Shown: positions 1 through 10,488 of the stretch, one piece after another
Layout: every line of letters starts with the position of its first letter
Numbering within the stretch: position 1 is the stretch's first letter
NCBI GenBank assembly: GCA_965644295.1
Contig: CBFFRP010000452.1
Span: 1-32,936 of the forward strand
Origin: Paraphysomonas bandaiensis
Taxonomy: Eukaryota; Protista; Chrysophyceae
Reading direction: 5' to 3'
DNA: 32,936 bases
The notes under the pieces: model-generated
The model's input: only the letters and a program-made list of their open reading frames with translations
What the model was told of the DNA's origin: nothing
Databases searched by the model: none
Position numbers and translations under genes: made by a program

Positions 1-90
1 CTCTCACCAGAATTAGATACACGCACTCAAGAACACAACCAAGGCGAAAATAATCGGATTTATTGCAACAGAAAACAAAAATATAAGCAT

Positions 91-2077
91 TTAGGTCACC
101 ATAGAATTGAGTTGCAGGCCTTTCGGTTCTGCGACAAGATTTTCGGATTCCTGAATGCTGACTTCATTCTCAAGGTATTGGTTAAATGGTTCCTCTTCTA
201 ATGACTCACTTTCAGTTCTCGTGCAACGAGACAAGAAGGTTCTTCCCTGATGGGTAGCTTCTGTACTACCACGAACTGGTAAGGGTTCTTTCATAAATTC
301 GCTACTGTGAAAATATTGTTGATTTTTGAGCAACTTATCTCGTACTATACAACACTGCTGCAACAAGTACACACGCTGCTGTTGCACTACCGACTCCGAC
401 ATATTCGTTGCTATATTTTCCACCACTTTCAACACATGGTCCGCCATCTAATGCGAAAACGTAAGACCATACACGAATGACTATGTAGACTGTACCTGTA
501 ACATGTCATCCACATCCGCTACTTCGCCTTCGCGAGTGCCGATAGTCAGCTGAGACAGTGTCGAAACAAACCGCATAGCAACACCAGACAGCTCTACTAT
601 GAGATTTATATCTATACCCTCTCTCATATCACTCACTGCGGCAAGGATATTATGCACAACACCGATACCGCCCATCCATAGTACGGCACTTTGGCGATTA
701 TGTTGAGTGGCACATAGCAGTCTACTAAGATTTCTGCCATTCATGCGTACAGTTTTCTGAACGTATCACATCAGTATAATGTTAGTTTATTCAAATGATA
801 TAGTAGAACCTGGCAGACTTCAGTACTACACAGAAGAGTAGAGAGTAGACATAAGCCATGGGCATGTTGCTCAGAACAGATCGCGAAAGCACTCTGTTCG
901 TTCTTCCTATCGTCGTACGTGTGTATCGTCGGTGCCACTGCAACTACGAATAAGTAAATGCGAAATGATCAAGTAAAAAGAACGATGCAGTGGCCAGTCA
1001 CGTACACGCTGTGGAACAGATGATATACACCTACCCTTGGGAAGTGCCTCAAGCAGAAGTGAACAATCATTTGCATAAGCAGGAGATTTTATTTCCGAGG
1101 TCGAAATAGCTCCTCTAATTTCTTCCTGAGGAGGGTTTTCTTCATCATCTAAACCACTGTAATTTATCTCAATTGTAGTTTCAATCTTAAGGACACTCAA
1201 AAGAGTATCGATTAGGCTACTACAAGCGTCATATAGCTGGGTATTCTTTTCATTAATCCCTAGGCTAGTCCACAAGGAATTATAAGCAGCTATATACAAA
1301 ATTTTACGCCATGGAGATACATCTAAATCTCGAAAACTACGCAGAAGAATGCTAGAATAATTATGAGGGAAACTGAATCACAAAGGACGATCGACTTACT
1401 TCCAAAGCGTTGGTTCCAATATTATATCAGCCAGCCTAGGACTTGCAGAGAGATGAAGAAGAATATACGCAACAGTTTCACCACAATGTACATCATTAGT
1501 CCGATTAATAATATTTGGAACACATCCACCAGATATAATACCCTCTCGTGTCTCTTCTTGTTTAGAAAGCTCAAGTAACATATTGGCTGAAATAATACTG
1601 TATCAATACAAAACACTATACGGTGATATAACAACCTGCAATTAAACGAACAGGAACTTCAAGAGAATTAAACAATTCACACATTTCTTCAAATATTTCA
1701 TCATCACTGATTCCTATTGAGGGATTGTCATACGCCTATAGTCATGTTATGTATGTATGTATGTGTGTCATCGTATACGTTACGTAGTTATATATAGTCA
1801 TGATGTGTGTGTATATATATGGGAGTTTACCTCATCAGTTTCTTGTAATGCAGTAAACGAATAAAACTGTTGATTTGTTTGATGAAAATGATATCTGATA
1901 TGCCACATGTGTATATATGTATGTGTTTATATGTATATGTATGTATATATACAGCAGTTGCAACTGTTTGCAGACTGTTGATTGGCTATCAGATGAGTAG
2001 ATGCAAGAGATATGTGTATTATGTCCAGTGAACTACTCTAGTTGGTAATATTTGCAACTGAGACTTATATCTTCCAT
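91..2077 (-). CDS. Multi-exon hypothetical protein, possibly ARM/helical-repeat; 5' end uncertain
   Basis: GT-AG splicing joins exons in frame (…KQLQL|YHFHQ…ETDE|AYDNP…LIA|ANMLLELSKQ…LW|ILLRSF…LPK|VAVAPT…VCQ|KTVRMNGR…MLQ|MADHV…MVT*), linking track ORFs 1396-1581, 907-1299, 481-744 and 91-447. The ATG at 2077 is followed by an in-frame TAG at 2035-2033, so the true start is unresolved. Confidence 0.65.
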
Positions 2078-2179
2078 AATGGCTGCCTCTGGTAACTACT
2101 AGATTTTACATACACAGTGCAGTGAGTTGACAGTCTGGTAGTACTGTATGTACTGGTGTATGTATGAGCCTCATAAAAC

Positions 2180-2430
2180 TGTAAATGCCTACTTTTGAAG
2201 TACAACATAGAAAATTTTGCGTAAAAATTAGATAAAATCCCACTACTACTGTCTTAAAACCCCACCCACTGATTATACTACGACGTAAGAATCCCATATT
2301 CTAGGATTTTCTCTAAAAACACCAGGATTTCGTATTAAAATTGAGGATTTCAAGAACTCGTATGGGTTTTCATATATCTAGAGAATTATATCCCGATTTC
2401 CCGCAACTCTCTATGAAAATTCTCAACATA
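2180..2430. promoter_or_regulatory. Putative bidirectional promoter of A/T-tract type (no CATA array)
   Basis: Lies between divergent genes. Rich in short A/T tracts (agaaaattttgcgtaaaaatt, gataaaatccc, ggattttctctaaaaa) and flanked by TA/CA-rich sequence. Positional inference only. Confidence 0.4.
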
Positions 2431-2560
2431 ACTGTATCATATGCTGCTGTCTATATACGAGTAGCAACTGCAGTATCTACACTTGCATTAGGAGATCTCT
2501 CGACATACATCACTATCACATGTTCTAATTCCACTTACAATCAAATAAACTTAAATCAAC

Positions 2561-3580
2561 ATGGGATTACGTCAATCTCGTTCAAGAAACGGTCGTGAAG
2601 AGCACATGTATGGCAAGAGCTTCATTGGAGCTGTTCCTGTGCATTTCTCTCAATACACACTCAATCCACACACTCTCAATTACTTACAAGATTGTCCATT
2701 ATTCTCATCTAATGAAAACGAGTTGGAATCAATGGGATATTGCAAAGCTATTGATTATCCAGATATTCCTGAGCATGTTTATTATGAGGCTTATATGCAT
2801 TCGCTGCCAACACATAACACTTATTTCTCAATGCATTCAAGGAACGGATATGACTTTGAGAAGCCTGCAGCTCCTCTTCGTGTTGTTTCATTTTGTGAAG
2901 CTTTGAGGCAGATTAATGATGACTGGATTAAAGGAATGATTAAACAACTCGAGGGAATGTCTGGTGCTGCTGCGGAGGTTTATTGTAAGCTACTCAGTGA
3001 GGGACGCCTTTTTGCAGGTAAATAACGCTTGAAATGCAGTATCACATGTGCTTGATACCAGTTCATAGATCTTTCTGTACAGCTACACTATGGCGCTGAG
3101 ATATCTCATGAACGGGCCGCCTTTCACAATGATGGTCCGAACTCTTTGCTACATCTAGCACTTTCTATCCGCGGTCAGCGATCGCTTCTCTGGAAAGGTT
3201 CCAAAGACAAAGATGCTGTCATGTCTAACTTAGGTCGCAAGGGTTGGTTTACTTTCAGTGAAAGTTATAACACTTATGAGGAGAAGCAGATCCCTGGAAG
3301 TGTGTACTTGTCGTCTCCTTTCCTGGTATCACACGGGGTTTCATATCCTATTTGCGATTGGGAGGATAGAATTGTAGCTGTGCAGTGTCGATGCCTTCTT
3401 TCCACTCAAGAGCTTAGTCTTCTTCGCGAAACATCTGAAGAAGAGTGGATGTCTGTGATTGAACTTGTCACTACAGCAATCAGAAATGGAACTTCTTCCG
3501 AGCAAGGAGGAAATATGTTTAGACTTCCGACCCTTGACGAAGTAGAAAGTGTATACAGCAAACTTTGTGAGGATTGGTAA
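2561..3580 (+). CDS. Putative 2OG-Fe(II) dioxygenase (AlkB-like fold), 322 aa, 2 exons (2561-3017, 3069-3580)
   Basis: The 51-nt GT-AG intron 3018-3068 joins the two track ORFs: …LFA|DLSVQLHYG…AFHNDGPNSLLHLALSIRGQR…GSVYL…SHGVSY…RIVAVQCR. This gives HxD, a distal H and a C-terminal R..R. The N-terminus MGLRQS fits MGxxxS. Confidence 0.65.
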
Positions 3581-4218
3581 ACATCAAGTGTTAAGAATAT
3601 TGTATATATCGGTCTTATAGCAATAATTTGTTACATCACAACAGTGTGCTACTTTCGAATTGACCAGGCTGGGTTGTAGATATTGAAGCATTTAATATAG
3701 TATTCACAAAAAGAAATTTAAATGTGAAAGCGTGAAAGCTGAACGAATCAAGTACTCTAGTTTTATATATGCACAATACCGAAGGTAAATTCTAGTAGTG
3801 TAAAACCTGTTGGTCTAACCACATCCTAATAACACTCTCTGAGCTCATTCATGCACTATCACATCCGGCGAATACGATGCAAAATGACAATTCCGTAGAA
3901 ATTCGTGGAATCTGTTTTAATTGTTAAGCAAAACTTCGTCCTGGCCTACGCTGTATCAATGAAATTATTCTAAATGAACTTCATAGTTTCACCACTACTA
4001 CAGATATGGTATACAAGCGTAGAACACAAAGCGTACTAAGCCAAAAAGAAAAATCAAAATCGGTACATTATGTTATACCGCATGCAAGTAGATATATTTT
4101 TTGGCACAACAGGGCACAATCAGTGAAAAATATCGCTAGACTGCGATAACCTAATATATTCCCACCACAGCAACCCTATAATGTAATGAGAGCTTGGTGA
4201 AAGCGGGCGACAAAGTTT

Positions 4219-5982
4219 TTAATCCAAAAACTTGCAAACCCAGACTTGTACAGTTTCGAATGAGAGGAAAATAATACCTGCATTGCAGTATAAAATTTTA
4301 ACAGAGTGCTAGTGCAAATCATATACAAATCACAATAGCATTCAGGTACCTTGGCCAGGAACCACTCTTCCACATCTGGGTACGAGACCACGATAGAAAG
4401 TGGTGATGCCTTCTTCCTTGAGCATCTGCACAAAGAGACACAAATATCAGATAGTTATCATGATTCACTCTGAATGTTGAGATCGAGAGAAAATTCATGT
4501 GCGACATGTATGCAGGCGATATTTTGCATACATACCGTGATAGCACAGTTCAAAGTGGACGAGTACTTGGTAGAGCCTGAACCTTGCATTCGCGTCTTGA
4601 CGACATCAAAGGGGTTGTTGACTGCAAATACATATATGAAAATTCAAACTGGACAGCGCAGACATATGTACGGTAACTTACGGCACGTGGAAAAGCACCC
4701 AGCCATCATTCCTCCAACGACAGCTCCTGCAAGCATAAAATTCGTTACGACAAGCATAATGCGTATGTAAGTGCATGTAAATATACCTATGGGAGAAAGC
4801 GGTTCCTTCCCCTCCTTGGTGGCAATGTCCTTGAACTTATTGTAGAACATAAACCTCAATCCCTAAGAAATAAGGCATTAGAGTGCATACAATAACTGCA
4901 AACGAGACACACGATATATACTTTTCACACTCATACATACAGTACATAGCCTGATGATGCGCGGTATTACTCCGTATTATATATGTGACAACTGTTCTGG
5001 ACAATATACCTGGTTGGATGACTGCTTGAGAACAGTAGCAAATAAACCCTTGTAAAACCCAGCCGGTCCGGACTCCACTAGGATCTTCTTAATACCTGAA
5101 GAAAAAAGCAAATAAAATAAGAAGCGCATACACAGCCCATATACCAGGCACCAAGCCAAGATTATGCTCAATAGTGGCTGTCTTGATAGCTTCCATAGGA
5201 GTCACAGCTAGAACCGCTTCCAAAACACCAGCACCCACTCCAGCCAAAAAGTTACGACCTAAAGAAATATGAGGATTTCAACACTATGGCACATGGTACT
5301 AACCCATGGAAAGCTTCCCTTGGTCATCTGCGAGGAGTTTCTTGCAGTAGGCGTTGCCCCCAAAGCGGATTCCAGCCTTCGGCATGGAGAAAAGCAATGT
5401 CACCCCAAGTCCCCTGTAAAGGGAGAAGAATCCAGTGGTACGAACTGTGTACTGCAGACCACCGAGAACGCCAGTAAAAGGAGGATTCGAAGTCTTGCTC
5501 TGCATATCGTACATATGGGTGAGGGGGCCACAAAAGACAGAGCACAAATATCATCAGTACTTACATGTAGCTGAAGAAGAGTCTAAAGAAAGAAGATGAT
5601 TAGAGAAAAAATGATATTAGCAGAAACATGACAACACAAGGATAAATTATATATACATATACGACCCTATAATCATATATACACACATATACGCATATAT
5701 CCACACACCCATATATATATATTTATATATATACACAATAAAATATATTATCATAGACACACACATACACACATGTACATATATAAACATAGACACACAC
5801 GCATACATATAGGCATATATTGACATATACATACATACATATGTACACATGTATACATACATATATCTATAGCTCACCTTCATGTACTCCATCGGCCACA
5901 TGCACACGCATTCAATACCACCGGCAATACATCCAGTGACAAGAGCTGATGTGGTACTAGGTTTTTTCTTTGTAGTTGCCAT
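4219..5982 (-). CDS. CTP1: Mitochondrial carrier (SLC25), tricarboxylate/citrate carrier-like, 10 exons
   Basis: Three PX[DE]XX[KR] signatures after splicing (WPMEYMKTLLQ, TPMEAIKT, NPFDVVKTRMQ). Citrate-carrier-like motifs PKAGIRF, LKQSSNQGLRF and RVVPGQGIIF. Stop TAA at 4221-4219. Confidence 0.9.
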
Positions 5983-6222
5983 ATGAATATACGCTATATG
6001 ATAGATGTATGTATATGTATGTATAAGTAATAATAATAACGACTGTAGAGACCAACCTGCTGTAGATTATCCACCAGTCCTTCGTGGATTGAGAGCTGTA
6101 ATCACTCCAACGATATAGTCAGGAGTGGAAAATGTGGTTAGGATTTCACTATTGCAGTGATGAGCAAGATATTCCAACCCCCATCACCACTATGCAGAAA
6201 CACACATGTATCCACATACACA

Positions 6223-6679
6223 CATACATACATACATACATACATACATACATACATACATACATACATACATACATACATACATACATACATACATACA
6301 TACATACATACATACATACATACATACATACATACATACATACATACATACATACATACATACATACATACATACATACATACATACATACATACATACA
6401 TACATACATACATACATACATACATACATACATACATACATACATACATACATACATACATACATACATACATACATACATACATACATACATACATACA
6501 TACATACATACATACATACATACATACATACATACATACATACATACATACATACATACATACATACATACATACATACATACATACATACATACATACA
6601 TACATACATACATACATACATACATACATACATACATACATACATACATACATACATACATACATACATACATACATAC
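6223..6679 (+). repeat. Perfect (CATA)n tetranucleotide array, about 114 units
   Basis: Directly visible; lies between divergent starts at 5982 (-) and 6766 (+). Confidence 0.99.
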
Positions 6680-6765
6680 GTATAGTAAATAGTGTATATA
6701 TCTGCAGGTGTTGTTGTTGGTATTGTCACTCTCTGTTATTGTTATTCTCTGGTATCACCCGCATC

Positions 6766-8119
6766 ATGTCATCCTCAAACACTCCATTCTCTCCCCTTCC
6801 AAACACTTCTCCATTAGGATCTAATGAGAAATCATCTCTTCTCGACACCTCTAATCAACACCTCCGAGACCTGCGCTTAGCTATAGAATTCAAGTACCTT
6901 ATGAGTCATGCACCTGGAGGTACGTACAACTATACCTTCTTCATAGTTTTTTCATATTGATATTATACAGGAGTGTATTTAATGCCGTATTTAGATGATA
7001 TACGACACTTTGCAGGGGTTATATTTGTACGTAGAGGTCTATATAAGAGTGCAGTGTTTCGGTTTGATGTTAGACTCCCTCCAACTTATAACTCCATTGG
7101 AACAACTCCTCAAGTGGTGTTTACTCCGCCTATATTTAATCCACTTGTGGATAAGAAGGTTAGTGTGTTTGCATATCCACTTATATATACATATGCATGT
7201 CTATATACATGTGTATCTCTACTATATATCTGTATATGTATATGTATACGTATATATGTATTAAAGTATCTATTTTTGTGTGACATTAAAAATATTTTTT
7301 TGTAGACAGGAGAATTGAGGTTGTCGTGTGATGCGGCCCTGCATGAGTGGAACCCTAAGAAACAGTTCCTTATGCACGCATTAGTATTCCTAAAGAAGAT
7401 ATTTTATATGAAATCTTTCACTGAATTTGAATCTGTTCCCAATGAAGAGGCGAAACAGCTGTATGACATTTACACTCTATGTGACGAGTATGTGATGATT
7501 GTGTATAGGTTTGTTCGTGACAAGGATGAATACCTACGCCGAGTGACTGAGTGTGTAGAGGATTCACTGGTATGACCTATACATAACTCGTCCTGTTTGA
7601 TGACTGATTCTTGCCGTACTTACTTTCCAGAACCGAGTTTATGATATTCCCCCGAATTGTCCACTTGTCTTCACCGAGGTGAGCAACTCGAGCTTTTTTT
7701 TAGATATGTACTGATATCTAAGCGTAGCCCAAGCAAGTTCACGAAACTATTCGAGCTCGGATTTACAACAAGTCCGCCGCGTCTGAAGAAAAGGCTCGAG
7801 CAGTGGACGAGGCCCTTAACACTCCTCCCGAAAAGACTGCAGTGTCGCTCTTTCCTGGGTCAGCAGAAGTGGATTCCTCGCAGACGAAAGAACGCACGTC
7901 TAATCTTGACCAGGCGCAGGTGAATTTTATGAAGTTGCTCGCCGTATCACGCATAGATGTTAACCTTACCGTGAAATCATGTGTGATTTTCCGCTGTGTG
8001 TATAGTCACAATGTATTACATGAGATTTGATGCGTTATATACAGGCTCAAAATGACAGTTCTGAAGTGGCTAGTGCCCTTGCAGCGGAGGGAGGTGCAAA
8101 TAACAGTGACCAGGGTTGA
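6766..8119 (+). CDS. AKTIP: AKT-interacting protein / FTS / crossbronx-like inactive E2 (UEV), 7 exons
   Basis: Spliced product: LRDLRLAIEFKYLMSHAPGGVYLMPY…FAGVIFVRRGLYKSAVFRF…PQVVFTPPIFNPLVDKKTGELRL…LKKIFY. UBC fold with no catalytic Cys. Introns include 6920-6970, 7159-7305 and 7461-7508; stop TGA at 8117-8119. Confidence 0.85.
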
Positions 8120-8608
8120 GTTGACTTGAAGAGTACATATGGTTGCGTCTCGAACTGTTTCTTTGGATGTCACGCGTTTTTTAAACCTGCTTTGTTAATG
8201 TGTCCGGGTGTCATCAGCATATTTTGTATCGTATTGTAGACAATAGTTATAATAAGTTATATCATTAGAGATTAGAGATACACTGAATCTTTATTTTGTG
8301 TTAACACTAGTGGGGCACGTAGTGTATTGTTACTGCTCTACAACGGTATTATATAGATAATGCAAAATCTAGAGCATAGCGAAATTTCTTAGTTGCCAAT
8401 GACATATGACTTGACATGGGAAACTGTATCGTTGCGACTAAATAACATGTCAATCAAGTTCACGGTACTTTGACTCTTTGGCTTTTATTAACGGGATCAA
8501 TCTGCATCTAGTAGCTAGTAATATGATAACAAATTTCTAATTCTCTGCCCTACGATGGCAAATACAGTCCAACATAAAGTTTCACCCTATTAACCAGCTC
8601 CAAGCCCA

Positions 8609-9979
8609 ATGTCTCTATTGAGACCGTGGCTGAGTCACATCAGTGTGCCCAGGGCCTTTTACACTCCCTTACTGCTGCATTTTGTTGACCACCACGCTTC
8701 CGACAAATTACCTGTCACACCATGTTGTACACGCTCCAAGCCCCCCTGCCTGGCCTTGCAACCTTCACCCTACTCAACTACTTCAGTTAAACAACGTGCC
8801 TGCACCAATGCAGCGCTGACCGCATGCATATGCTATCACCTAAGGAGACACCTTCGTCTCCTACACGGTTCTCTACGGATACAACCACTTACAGCATGGC
8901 TCGTGCGAGCAGATCCACGCAAACGGCCCCCATGTACCTTCTCTGCAACCCCTGTCTCCTCTCGACACCTCTCCACTGCACAACAGGGCCGTCTCCTGAC
9001 GACAACCCAGCCCAACCCAACATGGTTTGTCTGTGGTCCATCCACCCAGCAGGCTACCCCCTCACCCTGTTCACCTATCACCACCACAGCCCATCCATCT
9101 CATTGGATAGACACTGTATTCCGCATACGGTATACTCGACTACTGTACTACTGTGTCCTACAGGATGTATACCATTCCGTGTATACCTCTACTGCTGTTG
9201 GACACATCACCATGTCCATGTACCTGTCTACCTGTACTGTTGGACACATCACCATGTCCATGTACCTGTCTACCTGTACTGTTGGACACATCACCATGTC
9301 CATGTACCTGTCTACCTGTACTGCTGGACACATCACCAGCTCTCTCTCTCTGTCCAACACACTCATATCATCACTGCAGTGTCATACACACACACAGTAC
9401 ACTCTACCTCCTCCTAGAAAACCCCCAGACAAACCATCTCCCCTCCCTTCGTCTCTGATACCTTGCCGTCATCTTCCTTACACACACTCTCTATGCCTCA
9501 GTCTGTACCCCCCTGCACCAACACAGACACTAACAAGAGCAGCTGAGGACGTCCGAGTGTCTCCTCCAGACCATCATCATCATCACGATCATCTCGTGCA
9601 TAGGTCTATCAGAGTACTCGACCTCAGTGACTCTTGTTCTGTTGCGCAGTCTCACTCTCCTCAATCAGATGTTGCCTCTCTTGCACCATCACACTCCCTC
9701 TCGACTCCCTGTAGCTGGACACACCGGATGACCCTCACATTCCACCCCTGTACAGCTATACACCCTCTTGCATGTGTTCTCTACCGCTGGCTAAGACAGC
9801 AAAAGAGCCGATTTCGACGCTTCTTCACAGTAGGCCATAACCTTTTGCAAGACCTTCATCCACATACCTCCGAGCCACTTGGAACAATGCCTAAAGGAAG
9901 GCCACCAGATCGCCAATCTCAGAAGGGCATATTACTGTTTCCCCTAACTGCCATAAGGCTAATAAGTCAGTCCCCGTGA
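8609..9979 (+). CDS. Orphan intronless 456-aa ORF inside the insertion (Pro/Thr/His/Ser/Cys-rich)
   Basis: Open for 456 codons; recurring RKRPP / RKPPD / SPPD / GRPPD motifs; no RT, endonuclease or transposase motif recognised. Coding status uncertain. Confidence 0.35.
   Translation: MSLLRPWLSHISVPRAFYTPLLLHFVDHHASDKLPVTPCCTRSKPPCLALQPSPYSTTSVKQRACTNAALTACICYHLRRHLRLLHGSLRIQPLTAWLVRADPRKRPPCTFSATPVSSRHLSTAQQGRLLTTTQPNPTWFVCGPSTQQATPSPCSPITTTAHPSHWIDTVFRIRYTRLLYYCVLQDVYHSVYTSTAVGHITMSMYLSTCTVGHITMSMYLSTCTVGHITMSMYLSTCTAGHITSSLSLSNTLISSLQCHTHTQYTLPPPRKPPDKPSPLPSSLIPCRHLPYTHSLCLSLYPPAPTQTLTRAAEDVRVSPPDHHHHHDHLVHRSIRVLDLSDSCSVAQSHSPQSDVASLAPSHSLSTPCSWTHRMTLTFHPCTAIHPLACVLYRWLRQQKSRFRRFFTVGHNLLQDLHPHTSEPLGTMPKGRPPDRQSQKGILLFPLTAIRLISQSP
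9195..9338 (+). repeat. 42-bp tandem minisatellite, about 3.4 copies
   Basis: ctgttggacacatcaccatgtccatgtacctgtctacctgta x3 plus a partial copy; encodes VGHITMSMYLSTCT in the 456-aa frame. Confidence 0.95.
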
Positions 9980-10488
9980 GGTACATAAGGCTATCTATCA
10001 TATAGCGAGTGGAGTCTCATCCCAAGAGGAGACCTCCAGATCACACGCGCCGGTGAGTCCCAGGACACACGATCATGGCGAGCCTCATAACACACACTAA
10101 GAACGGAAGTGGTTGCACCTTGGTGCTTGCGGCGACGCACAAGCAGCTTCTGTAGCGTTAAATAGTAGGATAAAAGAGTTTGTATTGATTAGTTACGGGT
10201 AGTAGTCTAACTAGTATGACTAGCATTCTTCTAGCCACTAATTGGTGCAGGCTTTCAACGCCTATTGCTAAATAATCAGACATTCAATATATATAACAAA
10301 TTTCTAAATTTCAATGATTGCGCATGCAGCAGGCTGTCTGGGTAGATGAATTAACTCGTTGAGTTGGAGTCAAAGTGTAATGTTGTTTCATAAGAAGTTA
10401 ATTGGCACATGTGACCTCATGCCAACACCAAATAAATGGCTTGCATAAAAGAATATATACTTAATTCTTTATACGACGGAATGGGTCA

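Larger units (their letters stand above)
8526..10307 (+). mobile_element. 1752-bp insertion (8541-10292) flanked by a 15-bp target-site duplication; probable non-autonomous or 5'-truncated non-LTR retroelement
   Basis: ATAACAAATTTCTAA occurs at 8526-8540 and 10293-10307. The interior is C-rich, unlike the flanks. No TIRs or LTRs seen. Hairpin-rich 3' region ends in …cattcaatatat. Confidence 0.75.

Noticed and set aside
2033-2035. Alternative genetic code (TAG reassignment)
   Set aside because: TAG is the natural terminator of the KH, secreted, kinase and microprotein genes, and other apparent in-frame stops fall in introns.
6223-6679. CATA arrays as telomeric repeats or CRISPR arrays
   Set aside because: No G-run telomere motif, interstitial position, no spacers, and eukaryotic context.
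6132-6960. Long (HTYI)n / (MYVC)n ORFs here and at 14207-15029, 20071-20511 and 28034-28436
   Set aside because: Translations of a stop-free tetranucleotide repeat in all frames; there is no evidence they are coding.
9195-9338. 42-bp repeats as a CRISPR-like array
   Set aside because: Head-to-tail identical units with no unique spacers.
10048-10072. Hammerhead-like ccggtga-gtcc-ca-ggac-acac
   Set aside because: It resembles stem II, but the catalytic core does not match (CCGGUGA versus CUGANGA; ACAC versus GAAA).
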